Assembly: GCA_002170535.1 (NCBI GenBank)
Contig: NHDW01000001.1
Span: forward strand, 59,899-123,898
Source: Methylococcaceae bacterium TMED69
GTDB lineage: Bacteria > Pseudomonadota > Gammaproteobacteria > Ga0077536
DNA length: 64,000 nt
Direction: 5' to 3'
Positions 27,878 to 37,581 of this stretch are shown here, one piece after another (the first letter of the stretch is position 1; every line of letters starts with the position of its first letter). The notes under the pieces were generated by a model. That model made no database searches. It saw only the letters and a program-made list of their open reading frames with translations, and was not told the origin of the DNA. The position numbers and the translations under genes are program-made.

Positions 27878-28687
27878 ATGCCAGAAGGACCAGAGGTTAG
27901 AATAGAAAGCAATAAATTGAATGCAGTACTCTCTGGGAAGGTGCCCGACTCAATTTGGTTTGAAAAAAAAGCTTTGAAGAGAAAAGCATCGCGATTAAAA
28001 GGGAAGAAGATTCTCAAAGTTACAAGTTTAGGAAAAGCAATATTGTGTTGTTTTGAGTCCGGTCATTATATTTACTCCCATAATCAGTTATACGGCAAAT
28101 GGGCAATTTTACCAGTTGCGGCCGAACTCAATCCGAATCGAATAGCTAGAATCATTTTGACATCACAAAATAAAAAAGCGGTGCTTTACAGCGCTTCAAG
28201 CATAGAGATTCTTGACATAAAAGGCCTCGAAAAACATTCTTATATAGGCAAATTGGGCCCTGATGTACTCGACAAGAGCGTGGACCATAAAATGATATTG
28301 TCGAGACTATTAGATAGAAAATTTAGAAATCGGGCATTTGCTAGTTTATACCTGGACCAAAATTTTCTAGCTGGAATAGGTAATTATTTAAGGACTGAAA
28401 TTTTATGGGCTGCAGGTTTATCTCCTTTCGGAACACCTTCAAAAACATCTGAACAAATTTTAAAAAAGCTAGCAAAGCTAAGTTTATCGATCCCAAGAAG
28501 ATCGCTTGCTACGAATGGCTGGACCCTCACAGAGACGCAGAAAAAAATATCTCGTGCAGAAAAAAATCGATTTGCGGTTTTTGCCAGACAAGGTAAGAAG
28601 TGTCTTTCTTGTGATGGCCGAATAAACAAAATTTATATTTCAGGCAGGCGATTATATAAGTGTGATAATTGTCAGCCAATCATTTAA
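27878..28687 (+). CDS. nei: Fpg/Nei-family DNA glycosylase-AP lyase (endonuclease VIII-like)
   Basis: N-terminal MPEGPEV (Pro2/Glu3 catalytic), an H2TH region, and a C-terminal zinc finger C-x2-C-x16-C-x2-C. Confidence 0.8.
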   Translation: MPEGPEVRIESNKLNAVLSGKVPDSIWFEKKALKRKASRLKGKKILKVTSLGKAILCCFESGHYIYSHNQLYGKWAILPVAAELNPNRIARIILTSQNKKAVLYSASSIEILDIKGLEKHSYIGKLGPDVLDKSVDHKMILSRLLDRKFRNRAFASLYLDQNFLAGIGNYLRTEILWAAGLSPFGTPSKTSEQILKKLAKLSLSIPRRSLATNGWTLTETQKKISRAEKNRFAVFARQGKKCLSCDGRINKIYISGRRLYKCDNCQPII

Positions 28688-28703
28688 GCCCTAAGTTAGT
28701 TCT

Positions 28704-29681
28704 ATGAAAAAGATTGCTATAATCGGCGCCGGTGCCACGGGTCTATTCCTGGCAAATTTTCTCAAGTGTGGGGCGAGGGTCACGGTTTTTGAAAAGTCCG
28801 ATAGGGTTGGAGGCAGAGCCGCTAGCCGGGCTAATGAAGTAATAAGCTTTGATCATGGAGCGCAGTTTATAAGTGTAAAGAATGAGCATTTTGAGAACTT
28901 CTTATTAAAGCTCATTCGGCAAAGAAACATTGCAAAATGGGAAGGAAATTTCGTGTCAATCGATTCTATTAATTTGATAACTCAAAATTTGCGAGATAAA
29001 GTTCGGTTTGTTGGTGTCCCTTCAATGGAGTCAATCTTTGAGTTTCTAAGCGAAGGAATTGATTTGCGTCTTCATACTTACGTTGGGTCGGCGTTTCGAC
29101 AAAATGATAAGTGGGTTCTTGGGAGAGACCCCAACAAGAATGAATTAATGTTTGATTGGTTTATTTTGGCCATACCTCCAGTCCAAGCAAGTAACCTGTT
29201 GCCGGCCGAGTTAGAGTGGTCAAATATTTTGAACAAACTGCTAATGTTACCTTGTATTTCATTGATGGCGTCAACCAAGCCGCTAAGGGACTTGCCATGG
29301 GTTGGAGCTCGCATCACGAATTCCCCATTAGGCTGGATCGCTTTTAATAATACAAAACCCCGCAGACCGTCTTCATCAGCTGTGGTTGCCCAAAGCAATT
29401 ATTACTGGGCGAAAAATAACTTTGATAGGGTTGATAGTGAATTAGAGGCCGTTCTTGTACCAGAAATGAGACATATTCTACCTTTAGAAACCGACGTTAT
29501 TGGCTATGAATTAAAAAAATGGAACTATGCAGTCGTTGAAGAACCATTAGGCGAAAAATTTTTGATTGATAAAAAACGATGTGTAGCGGTTGCAGGGGAT
29601 TGGTGTATTGGTCAAAATATTGAAGCGGCTTTCGAGAGTGCGAAAAGTTTATCTGATAAAATTCTTAATGAGATGATTTAA
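28704..29681 (+). CDS. FAD/NAD(P)-binding oxidoreductase (renalase/amine-oxidase-like)
   Basis: N-terminal IAIIGAGATG...VFEKSDRVGGRA dinucleotide-binding motif. 325 aa. Confidence 0.6.
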   Translation: MKKIAIIGAGATGLFLANFLKCGARVTVFEKSDRVGGRAASRANEVISFDHGAQFISVKNEHFENFLLKLIRQRNIAKWEGNFVSIDSINLITQNLRDKVRFVGVPSMESIFEFLSEGIDLRLHTYVGSAFRQNDKWVLGRDPNKNELMFDWFILAIPPVQASNLLPAELEWSNILNKLLMLPCISLMASTKPLRDLPWVGARITNSPLGWIAFNNTKPRRPSSSAVVAQSNYYWAKNNFDRVDSELEAVLVPEMRHILPLETDVIGYELKKWNYAVVEEPLGEKFLIDKKRCVAVAGDWCIGQNIEAAFESAKSLSDKILNEMI

Positions 29682-29682
29682 T

Positions 29683-30189
29683 ATGTGGGAATTTGATGGG
29701 ACGAAAAGACCAACCTTTGCCGAATCAACCAAAGGTTCTCAGGAATCTGTTTGGGATTATCCTCGTCCGCCTGTTCTGGAAAAAGTTGCAAGACATATTT
29801 TAGTAAAAGTGGGCTCTCTTGTAGTTGCTGAAACTAGAGAAGCTATTCGGATTCTGGAAACTGCTTCGCCTCCCTCTTACTATTTGCCCTCAAATGCAAT
29901 TAAAATTGACCTTATTCATTGTAGGGAAAGTTCTTTCTGCGAGTGGAAGGGCGAGGCTACCTATTTAAGTATGGATAATGTAACCTCAAATCCCGTAGGT
30001 TGGGTGTATAAAAATCCCTCTAGTCGCTTTTTTTCTATAAAAGATTACATTGGATTTTACCCTGGAAGAATTGAATGTTATCTAGATACAGAACGTGTCA
30101 GACCTCAACCTGGGATTTTTTATGGCGGCTGGTTTACTGATGCATTAGCCGGTCCATTTAAAGGTGAACCAGGCACAGGTTGGTGGTAA
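29683..30189 (+). CDS. DUF427 domain protein
   Basis: DUF427 hallmarks: E-S-x-x-E...YYLP and C-E-W-K-G-E-A-T-Y. Its start is 2 nt after the upstream stop. Confidence 0.6.
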   Translation: MWEFDGTKRPTFAESTKGSQESVWDYPRPPVLEKVARHILVKVGSLVVAETREAIRILETASPPSYYLPSNAIKIDLIHCRESSFCEWKGEATYLSMDNVTSNPVGWVYKNPSSRFFSIKDYIGFYPGRIECYLDTERVRPQPGIFYGGWFTDALAGPFKGEPGTGWW

Positions 30190-30193
30190 AAAT

Positions 30194-32797
30194 CTACTTT
30201 ATGCCTGACAGGTTTTTAGCTTCTTGGCTTGTAATTGTACCCTTCTTAACTGAAGCTTTTATTGCGACTTCGACTATTGATTCACTGTTTACTTTAAAAA
30301 AATCTCTCGAATTTTCACGAGTCTCAGATAGGCCAAAGCCGTCGGTCCCTAATGCAATAAGTGGTTCTTCTATCCATTTTGCTATTTTCAATGGCAGACT
30401 CTTTTGATAATCAGTGATAGCGATAAAAATACCATACTGCTCTTTAAATAAAACCTCAATATGCGATGTCATATTTTCATTTTGCTCTGCCTCCAGAGCA
30501 TTGCGATATAACTCATTAAAACTGGTGATGCTGAATATATTTACTGAAAAGCCCATCTCGATCAGTGTTGATTCAGCATCCAATGCCTCCACCACCATTG
30601 GTCCTGATGCTAAAATATTTATTGTATCAATGTATTTATTATTAGCTTTTGTTTTTCGGAGACAATACCCCCCTTTATTAATATCTTTTTTGAGTTCTAA
30701 CGAAGGTAACTCAGGCATTTCATATTTTTGGTTGTAAACCGTAAGGTAATAAAAGATATTTTGCTTTTGAATAAACATCTTCTCAATCCCATCATAAATT
30801 ATTGCGACTAACTCATAGTCAAATGCTGGGTCATAACTTTTTAAATTTGGAACAGTTTCGGCGATTACATGTGAATGTCCATCTTGGTGTTGTAGTCCTT
30901 CTCCGTTTAGTGTAGTGCGTCCAGCTGTGCCTCCAAGGAGAAATCCTTTGCATAATATGTCACCACAGGCCCAAATGAGGTCCCCAACTCTCTGAAAACC
31001 AAACATCGAGTAAAATAAGTAAAAAGGGATCATTGGAATTTTATGGATGGAATGAGCGGTTCCCGCTGCCATAAATGATGACATAGCCCCGGTTTCACAA
31101 ATTCCTTCTTGCAATACCTGTCCATTTTTTGCTTCTTTGTATGGAGTAAGAGTACCGATATCGACGGGTGTATAATTTTGACCTTCTTGAGAGTATATCC
31201 CGAGCCCCCTAAATATTGTTTCTAAACCGAAAGTCCGAGCTTCGTCTGGGACAATAGGGACTATATATTTCCCAATTGAAGAATCCTTTGTAAGTTTAGT
31301 TATTATTTTGACGGCAGCCGCGGTAGATGAAGTTGCTCGTGGTCTTGTTTTATTAACGCTTTCAAAATAATCGATCTGATCCGGCATTTTTATTGTCGTC
31401 ACGTCACTTGTTCTCAGAGGAATGAACCCCCCTAATCTTTTACGCCTTTCCAGTATGTATCTTATTTCTTTGCTATTTGAGCTTGGCCGATAAAAATCGG
31501 CATTTGCGATTTGTTCAGGTGTTAAATCAATCTGGCACTTCCTAGCGAAAGCAGCTCTTTGGTCGATATTAATCTTTTTTTGTTGATGAGCTGTATTTTG
31601 ACCCTGTATCTGTTCGAAACCTTCGCCTTTTACGGTTTTTATCAAAAGAACAGTCGGCTTGCCTTTAGTTTTTGTTGCCAGATTGAAAGCTGTGAATAAT
31701 TTTTTCCTATCGTGCCCGCCCCGTTTTATATTTTTTAATTCTTCGTCTGTCAAAGAATTCATTATTTTGTTGAGTTCATGGTTTTCTCCGACCCAGTGTT
31801 TTCTTTGTTCAGCACCAGGTAAGGTCGAGTACCATTGATATTCCCCGTCAACGACCTGATTCATTCTATTTTTTAAAGAGTTTGTTAAATCTTTTTCTAG
31901 AAGATCATCCCATTCGCTACCCCATATGACTTTAATTACCTCCCATCCTGCTCCTCGGAAAGTTCTTTCCAATTCTTGGATGATCTTGCTGTTTCCTCTT
32001 ACCGGTCCATCTAGTCTTTGAAGATTACAATTGATTATAAGGATCAAATTATCAAGCTTTTCTCGAGCTGCAGCGTTGATAGAACCTAGTACCTCGGGCT
32101 CATCTGTCTCACCGTCGCCAATAATTGCCCATACTTTACCCAGTTTTTTTTTCAAAATATCTCTGTTTTGTAAGTATTTAGCAAATTTGGCTTGATAAAT
32201 TGCGATAGGGGTAGATAATCCCATAGATGCCGAAGGAATTTGCCAGTAGTCTGGCATCATGAATGGGTGGGGGTAAGCTGACAGACCGCCATGGGGATGT
32301 AGCTCTCTTCTAAATCCTTTTAGTTGTTCCTCTGAAAGTCTTCCCTCTAAAAAACTCCGCGCATAAATTCCCGGCGATGCATGTGGTTGGGGTATGACGA
32401 GATCTCCGGTATAGGTTTCACTTGGGGATCGGAAAAAATGATTGAAGCCTACTTCCAAAATGGTCGAAGCAGATGAAAATGTTGCTATGTGTCCTCCTAC
32501 ATTACTGTTGTTGTCCACTCCTTTGAGGACCATTGCGGCCGCGTTCCAACGGATAATATTTTCAATTCTTTCTTCTAATTCAATGTCTCCTGGATATTTG
32601 ATCTGGTTTTTGCTGGGTATTGTATTGACGTAGTCGGTGTTTAAGTAATTTTCTGTTTTTTTTAAGTTCGTTTCTTTTTCGAGATATCTGTTCATAAGCT
32701 GGGAAATATCTTCGATTCCCTTTTTCCCATAGATTTGGTTAATTTCTTCAAGCGATTCAACCCATTCGCTGATTAATTCATCATCTAAAATATTCAT
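30194..32797 (-). CDS. aceE: pyruvate dehydrogenase E1 component, homodimeric type
   Basis: 867 aa, with the AceE-specific N-terminal region, ThDP-binding GDG-x-n-N fold motifs and a transketolase-like C-terminal half. No aceF or lpd gene lies adjacent. Confidence 0.85.
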   Translation of the reverse strand: MNILDDELISEWVESLEEINQIYGKKGIEDISQLMNRYLEKETNLKKTENYLNTDYVNTIPSKNQIKYPGDIELEERIENIIRWNAAAMVLKGVDNNSNVGGHIATFSSASTILEVGFNHFFRSPSETYTGDLVIPQPHASPGIYARSFLEGRLSEEQLKGFRRELHPHGGLSAYPHPFMMPDYWQIPSASMGLSTPIAIYQAKFAKYLQNRDILKKKLGKVWAIIGDGETDEPEVLGSINAAAREKLDNLILIINCNLQRLDGPVRGNSKIIQELERTFRGAGWEVIKVIWGSEWDDLLEKDLTNSLKNRMNQVVDGEYQWYSTLPGAEQRKHWVGENHELNKIMNSLTDEELKNIKRGGHDRKKLFTAFNLATKTKGKPTVLLIKTVKGEGFEQIQGQNTAHQQKKINIDQRAAFARKCQIDLTPEQIANADFYRPSSNSKEIRYILERRKRLGGFIPLRTSDVTTIKMPDQIDYFESVNKTRPRATSSTAAAVKIITKLTKDSSIGKYIVPIVPDEARTFGLETIFRGLGIYSQEGQNYTPVDIGTLTPYKEAKNGQVLQEGICETGAMSSFMAAGTAHSIHKIPMIPFYLFYSMFGFQRVGDLIWACGDILCKGFLLGGTAGRTTLNGEGLQHQDGHSHVIAETVPNLKSYDPAFDYELVAIIYDGIEKMFIQKQNIFYYLTVYNQKYEMPELPSLELKKDINKGGYCLRKTKANNKYIDTINILASGPMVVEALDAESTLIEMGFSVNIFSITSFNELYRNALEAEQNENMTSHIEVLFKEQYGIFIAITDYQKSLPLKIAKWIEEPLIALGTDGFGLSETRENSRDFFKVNSESIVEVAIKASVKKGTITSQEAKNLSGIK

Positions 32798-32902
32798 AAC
32801 TATTAGGTTAACAAAAAATTGATTTTTTATATTGCGTTTTATAGCTAAAATTAAGTATAATTTAATTTTAAATTTTAAAAAATATATAATTTTTAGTATT
32901 TA

Positions 32903-33364
32903 ATGCTTAAATTAGATAAGATAGATTACAACATATTGCGTATCATTCAAGCTGAAGGGCGAATATCAAATTTAAACCTCGCTGACAAAATTAGATTGTC
33001 ACCCTCTCCTTGCTTAAGGAGAGTTAAGGAACTTGAAAAAGAGGGCGTTATAAAAAAATACGTGGGACTGGTCGAGCCAAAAGCTGTGGGTTTCCTTATT
33101 AATGCTTTCGTCAATGTTTCTCTACAGAGCCAGAAAGAAAGATTTCTTAATATCTTTGAACAAAAGATTTCACTGTATGAAGAAGTAAGTGAATGCTATC
33201 TAATGACAGGCAGTTCAGATTATCTGTTGCGTGTTGTAACTCGAGACCTAGAAGAATACGAACGGTTTGTTATCGATAAGTTGACAAAAATTGAAGGAAT
33301 CGCGAACATTCAAACAAGTTTTGCCCTGAAGCCACTGGTTCAAAGGACAGAAATTCCTATTTGA
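32903..33364 (+). CDS. Lrp/AsnC-family transcriptional regulator
   Basis: 153 aa with an N-terminal HTH (LDKIDYNILRIIQAEGRISNLNLADKIRLSPSPCLRRVKELE) and a C-terminal RAM domain. Confidence 0.85.
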   Translation: MLKLDKIDYNILRIIQAEGRISNLNLADKIRLSPSPCLRRVKELEKEGVIKKYVGLVEPKAVGFLINAFVNVSLQSQKERFLNIFEQKISLYEEVSECYLMTGSSDYLLRVVTRDLEEYERFVIDKLTKIEGIANIQTSFALKPLVQRTEIPI

Positions 33365-33374
33365 TTAGTTACTT

Positions 33375-34076
33375 TTATTTTTCCAGTTTCCAATAATGCG
33401 GGGTTTGCCATTTTACATTGCGGTTTCGCTCGAGGCCTAAATCAGACATTGTGTGTCTTATCAAAGAAATGTGCTCTCTGCCAAATAAACCGATTTTCTT
33501 TTCATTTAAACTAAAAACTAAATGAGGGCACCCAACGTGGCCTGAGTTGTGTGCCTCTTCGTTGAATTTTTTTAAGTCCTCAATACCGTGTTTTTGCGTA
33601 TAGTTTGCGAATTTATCCAGGTCAACTTCAGGAACACCGATTTTTTTTAGTATTTTGACGATATTGGAAAGATTGTCCATATCAAATTCCTGCCAACCAT
33701 TAGGCCAACCAGATGCATATATCTCTGCTAAATAATCCATTCCTAAGCTGTATTTGTTTGCCCAAATAAGTGCCATATTTGCTAACTCAGCACTCAGTAG
33801 GATTTTTGGAGCTTTTATTTTTAAACCCATAGCCTCGGAGTAAATACGGCCTACTTTGTAGTACATTTTTGCCCGTCTAGTTTGCGCTTCATTTGGAGGA
33901 AGTCTTTCGGGATTTTTTCGGTCATGTGTTGTCGTGAGCCCCATGTCAACGTAACTCAGATTGTATGGTTTGAATCTAACATTACAATGGTAATCTTCTA
34001 TCATTTGTGATGCTTGTGGCAGAATCAAATAAGATAAAGGGCTCTTTATATCAACAAATATATCGATCTCGTACAT
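33375..34076 (-). CDS. DsbA-like thioredoxin-fold protein (2-hydroxychromene-2-carboxylate isomerase / kappa-GST family)
   Basis: N-terminal IDIFVDIKSPLSYL, which fits the F-x-D-x-x-S-P-x-x-Y-L motif of HCCA isomerases. 233 aa. Confidence 0.5.
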   Translation of the reverse strand: MYEIDIFVDIKSPLSYLILPQASQMIEDYHCNVRFKPYNLSYVDMGLTTTHDRKNPERLPPNEAQTRRAKMYYKVGRIYSEAMGLKIKAPKILLSAELANMALIWANKYSLGMDYLAEIYASGWPNGWQEFDMDNLSNIVKILKKIGVPEVDLDKFANYTQKHGIEDLKKFNEEAHNSGHVGCPHLVFSLNEKKIGLFGREHISLIRHTMSDLGLERNRNVKWQTPHYWKLEK

Positions 34077-34096
34077 TTTAAAATCCCGTTCGTGCT

Positions 34097-34125
34097 AAAA
34101 AAAAGGGCTCCGATAGGAGCCCTTT
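34097..34125 (-). terminator. rho-independent terminator for the 34143..35537 gene (usable in both directions)
   Basis: On the plus strand it reads aaaaaaaa-gggctcc-gata-ggagccc-ttt, a perfect 7-bp GC-rich stem. On the minus strand the stem is followed by eight T, 18 nt downstream of the stop codon. Confidence 0.7.
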
Positions 34126-34142
34126 AAAATCACAAGCAAATT

Positions 34143-35537
34143 TTAACGACCTTCTGTCAGGTAGTTAACGTCATGACTACGACGAACTTGCTTGATAGTT
34201 ACGTCTGGGTAACTATTTCCCCGACATGGTACTAATGTTCCTCTTCCGTTTTGCTTATCAACAACGTTGATGCTTTGGAAGTTTTGTACTCTAGTACCCA
34301 TAGGTGTTTCGTCCCCTTTGAATCCTTTACGATTGGCCTTATCCCTATACTGATCATCTTCTGTCCAGCTTTTTTGGATTTGCCATACTTTCCAAAGTTC
34401 ACCCGCTTGGTCAAAGGAGTTTGCATAATATGCTTCACCAGATTGACGGTCAGTATAGATGAATTTGTTGCTGTATGGATGGTTTCGACCAGTTCCGACT
34501 CCAGGATACATTTTAACCACGTCCATTAGTCTTAACGCATGGTCATCATATGGTGCCCAACCGTTAGGTCCGTAGTAAATGGTTTCTGGGTACCGAGATC
34601 TTGCTACAGCAAGAATCTTAGCTGTACCTCTATACTCCCACTTATGCTCTAATGGACGTCCATTGAAGCCGTAAAAATCTTCTAGAGTATGGTCAGTTCC
34701 GAGAAGAGAATCAGATTTTACTTCAACAGAAATACGTCTAACACGTCTAAGACTTGGTATATAAGCCCAAGAATCATCAGCTTTTCTTGCATCATCATAT
34801 CTTAAAATCAGGAAGGCTGTTCCTGCAATATCGAATGGTGATGTAAACCCAGTGTACTCTCTGAAGTGTGTGTTTTTCGCAAATCCTTGTCCGTTATTCA
34901 TCGCAAAACCTTCCGATTCAGGAATGTCTGCTCTGTGAGCCATTATGACCCTTTGATATGGTCCGGCAAGAACCCGTTCGAAAGTTCCTTGACCTCTATA
35001 GAAGTCAGCGTATTTACCGCCACCTTCAGACATAACAGCATGATCATCATGCGAACCGCCTTCTCTTACCCATACCCAATGTACCTCGGCTATTTTAAGG
35101 CCAGTATATTGCCATCTGTGGGTCCAATTCCAAACCCATTTCCAACCGTCTTCTTCACTGCCAATTTCAAATGTTTCTGGATCAAATGGCCTGCCGGTTG
35201 CATAGTTCATGAGTGCGCCATCAGCATCGATTGAAGCTGTACCAAGATATTTGGTTGTAGCTTCTTGATAAGATGGAGCTGGTGACATATCCCCTGCGTC
35301 TTTAATTACCATTTCCATGCCTTCGAACAGAACTTCATCTTGTTGTTCTGCAGGTATGAATGGTCTAACTAAATCTGCTTTGTCGAAGGTAATAACATCA
35401 CCATCAACGAATTGTGGTTGTGCGCCCTGGTTTGAATCAAGCCATGCTTGATGGTCGTCTGCGCTAAACGCAAAAGCGTTTAACGAGAAACAAGCCAAAG
35501 AAGCTACAAGCCACAAGTTGGTTAAAGATTTCTTCAT
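34143..35537 (-). CDS. secreted protein, DUF1329-like
   Basis: Signal peptide, 464 aa, rich in W/Y/G. Its overall pattern resembles DUF1329 periplasmic proteins, but this is a low-confidence family call. Confidence 0.4.
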   Translation of the reverse strand: MKKSLTNLWLVASLACFSLNAFAFSADDHQAWLDSNQGAQPQFVDGDVITFDKADLVRPFIPAEQQDEVLFEGMEMVIKDAGDMSPAPSYQEATTKYLGTASIDADGALMNYATGRPFDPETFEIGSEEDGWKWVWNWTHRWQYTGLKIAEVHWVWVREGGSHDDHAVMSEGGGKYADFYRGQGTFERVLAGPYQRVIMAHRADIPESEGFAMNNGQGFAKNTHFREYTGFTSPFDIAGTAFLILRYDDARKADDSWAYIPSLRRVRRISVEVKSDSLLGTDHTLEDFYGFNGRPLEHKWEYRGTAKILAVARSRYPETIYYGPNGWAPYDDHALRLMDVVKMYPGVGTGRNHPYSNKFIYTDRQSGEAYYANSFDQAGELWKVWQIQKSWTEDDQYRDKANRKGFKGDETPMGTRVQNFQSINVVDKQNGRGTLVPCRGNSYPDVTIKQVRRSHDVNYLTEGR

Positions 35538-35789
35538 TTAGATATCCCCTAGTTCCTACTTGTTACAATTAAATCAACCTTAAATAAAGGTTCATTCATG
35601 AATTCCAAATCATAAATTGACCGAGGTGAAATTTTTGTGAATGTGGTTTAAAAAATCATTCTATAAATGTAGTTTTAGATTTAGGGCTATAATTTAATTT
35701 AGTTCTAGTTAGGTAACCTATTGATAAGATGGCAGTTATTAAAATCTAGATCTCGTTAGCGGTTGCTGTCACTATGTCTTTAGAAATTT

Positions 35790-37010
35790 TTGGAGGGATT
35801 GCGAATGTCGTTTGAAGAGAAAGTTGTTCCCTTAGAGGGTATTACAATACTTGATATGAGCGCCGTATTATCGGGCCCTGCATCAACTATGCTGCTAGCG
35901 GACCAAGGAGCTCGCGTGATTAAGGTTGAGTCGCCTGAAGGTGATATTACTCGTAAAATGGGTGTTAGAAAAGGTAGCTTATCTACAGCGTTCATAAATA
36001 TAAACAGAGGAAAACAATCCTTATCAATTGATTTAAAAACTCTAGAAGGGCGTCAAATTATTGAAGGGTTGGTCGAAAATAGTGATGTTTTTGTACAGAA
36101 TTTCAGACCAGGAGTGATAGAACGTCTTGGTTTAGATGAAAAATCTATTCGTAAGCTAAATCACCAAGTCGTTTATGTATCGATTAGCGGTTTTGGTAAC
36201 ACTGGCCCGCTCATAAACAGCAGAGTATACGATCCCGTTATACAGGCGATTTCTGGGTTAGCCGACATTCAGGCTGGTGGTTCGTCGAGGCCGAAAATGG
36301 TCAGGACTGTTATTCCTGATAAAGTGACTGCTTTGAAAGCGGCTCAGGCTATTACCGCGGGCTTACTTTATCGTTCAAGAGTTACAAAAGGCTGTCATAT
36401 TAAATTGTCCATGCTTGATGCTATGGTTGCTTTTTTGTGGCCGGAGGGAATGATGAACTATACTTTAATAGAGGATAGAGCTTCTGGAAGTCCTGAAGGC
36501 CAAATCGCTCAAGATTTAGTGTTTAGAACATTAGATGGTTTTATTACAGTCGGCGCGATGTCAGATCAAGAATGGGCTAGTTTGTGCGAGGTTTTACAAA
36601 AACCTGAGTGGGTATCGGATAGGAGGTTTAAGACTACTGCAGCACGACTGAAAAACGCAAAAACCAGATTGCAGATGACGTCAGAAATTCTAAAAATGAA
36701 AGAGAGTTCTTATTGGATTTCTCGCTTCAGCGAGAAAGAAGTACCTTGTGCGCCAATTTTATCAAGACGTGAGATGTTAAACTATGAACAAGTTCTTCAA
36801 AGTAAAATTTACACGGAATTAGACCATCCTAATTTTGGGCGAATAAGACAGACGAGAGCCGCAGCCGTTTTTGATGACGGCTCACCAATGAGACAATGTT
36901 ACGCTCCGACGCTTGGCCAACATAATGAAAAAATAATTGAGGAACTTGGGTACGAAAAAAACTATATCGATAGTTTGTATGACAAAAATATTTTGTTTAG
37001 ATCGGTCTAA
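35790..37010 (+). CDS. family III CoA-transferase (CaiB/BaiF/Frc family)
   Basis: N-terminal LEGITILDMSAVLSGPASTMLLADQGARVIKVE with the catalytic Asp region, and a characteristic interlocked-dimer sequence pattern. The true start is probably the Met at 35805. Confidence 0.85.
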   Translation: MEGLRMSFEEKVVPLEGITILDMSAVLSGPASTMLLADQGARVIKVESPEGDITRKMGVRKGSLSTAFININRGKQSLSIDLKTLEGRQIIEGLVENSDVFVQNFRPGVIERLGLDEKSIRKLNHQVVYVSISGFGNTGPLINSRVYDPVIQAISGLADIQAGGSSRPKMVRTVIPDKVTALKAAQAITAGLLYRSRVTKGCHIKLSMLDAMVAFLWPEGMMNYTLIEDRASGSPEGQIAQDLVFRTLDGFITVGAMSDQEWASLCEVLQKPEWVSDRRFKTTAARLKNAKTRLQMTSEILKMKESSYWISRFSEKEVPCAPILSRREMLNYEQVLQSKIYTELDHPNFGRIRQTRAAAVFDDGSPMRQCYAPTLGQHNEKIIEELGYEKNYIDSLYDKNILFRSV

Positions 37011-37100
37011 TTCATTACACTTAAGCGACGTTTAAACTATTATTTAATTTTTAAATGGTAGTTTTTAGCTTTTAGGCCAATTAAAGGTAAAAGGAGAATT

Positions 37101-37529
37101 ATGACTAAAACCTTGAATGCGGAATGTTTTTGCGGCGAAGTAAGGTTGAAGATTAATGGGGTACCAGAAGCGATGGGATATTGTCATTGCGATTCTTGCA
37201 GACATTGGTCTGCGGGTCCTGTCAATGCTTTTAGCCTATGGGCACCAGCAAATATCGAAATTATACAAGGTCAACACAATCTACAAACTTACACTAAGAC
37301 TGAAAATAGCTTAAGAAAGTGGTGCGGTACATGCGGCGGACATGTTATGACAGAGCATCCAAAGATGAACTTAACCGACGTTTATTCGGCTGTTATCCAT
37401 CGATTAGAATTTAACCCTAGCGTCCATGTGTTTTATTCGGAAAAGCGAATTAGCATGCCTGATGGGCTTCCTAAGTTCAGTGATATGCCAAAAGAAATGG
37501 GTGGATCTGGTAAGCTTTTACCTGAATAG
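37101..37529 (+). CDS. GFA-family protein (glutathione-dependent formaldehyde-activating enzyme / CENP-V fold, Zn-binding)
   Basis: Cys pattern C-x-C...C-H-C-x2-C...C-x2-C (CFCGEV...GYCHCDSCRHWS...CGTCGGHV). Confidence 0.8.
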   Translation: MTKTLNAECFCGEVRLKINGVPEAMGYCHCDSCRHWSAGPVNAFSLWAPANIEIIQGQHNLQTYTKTENSLRKWCGTCGGHVMTEHPKMNLTDVYSAVIHRLEFNPSVHVFYSEKRISMPDGLPKFSDMPKEMGGSGKLLPE

Positions 37530-37581
37530 TAATGTTATTAAGATAATATCTTCCATATCAATTAACTGAGGAGATGTAGTT

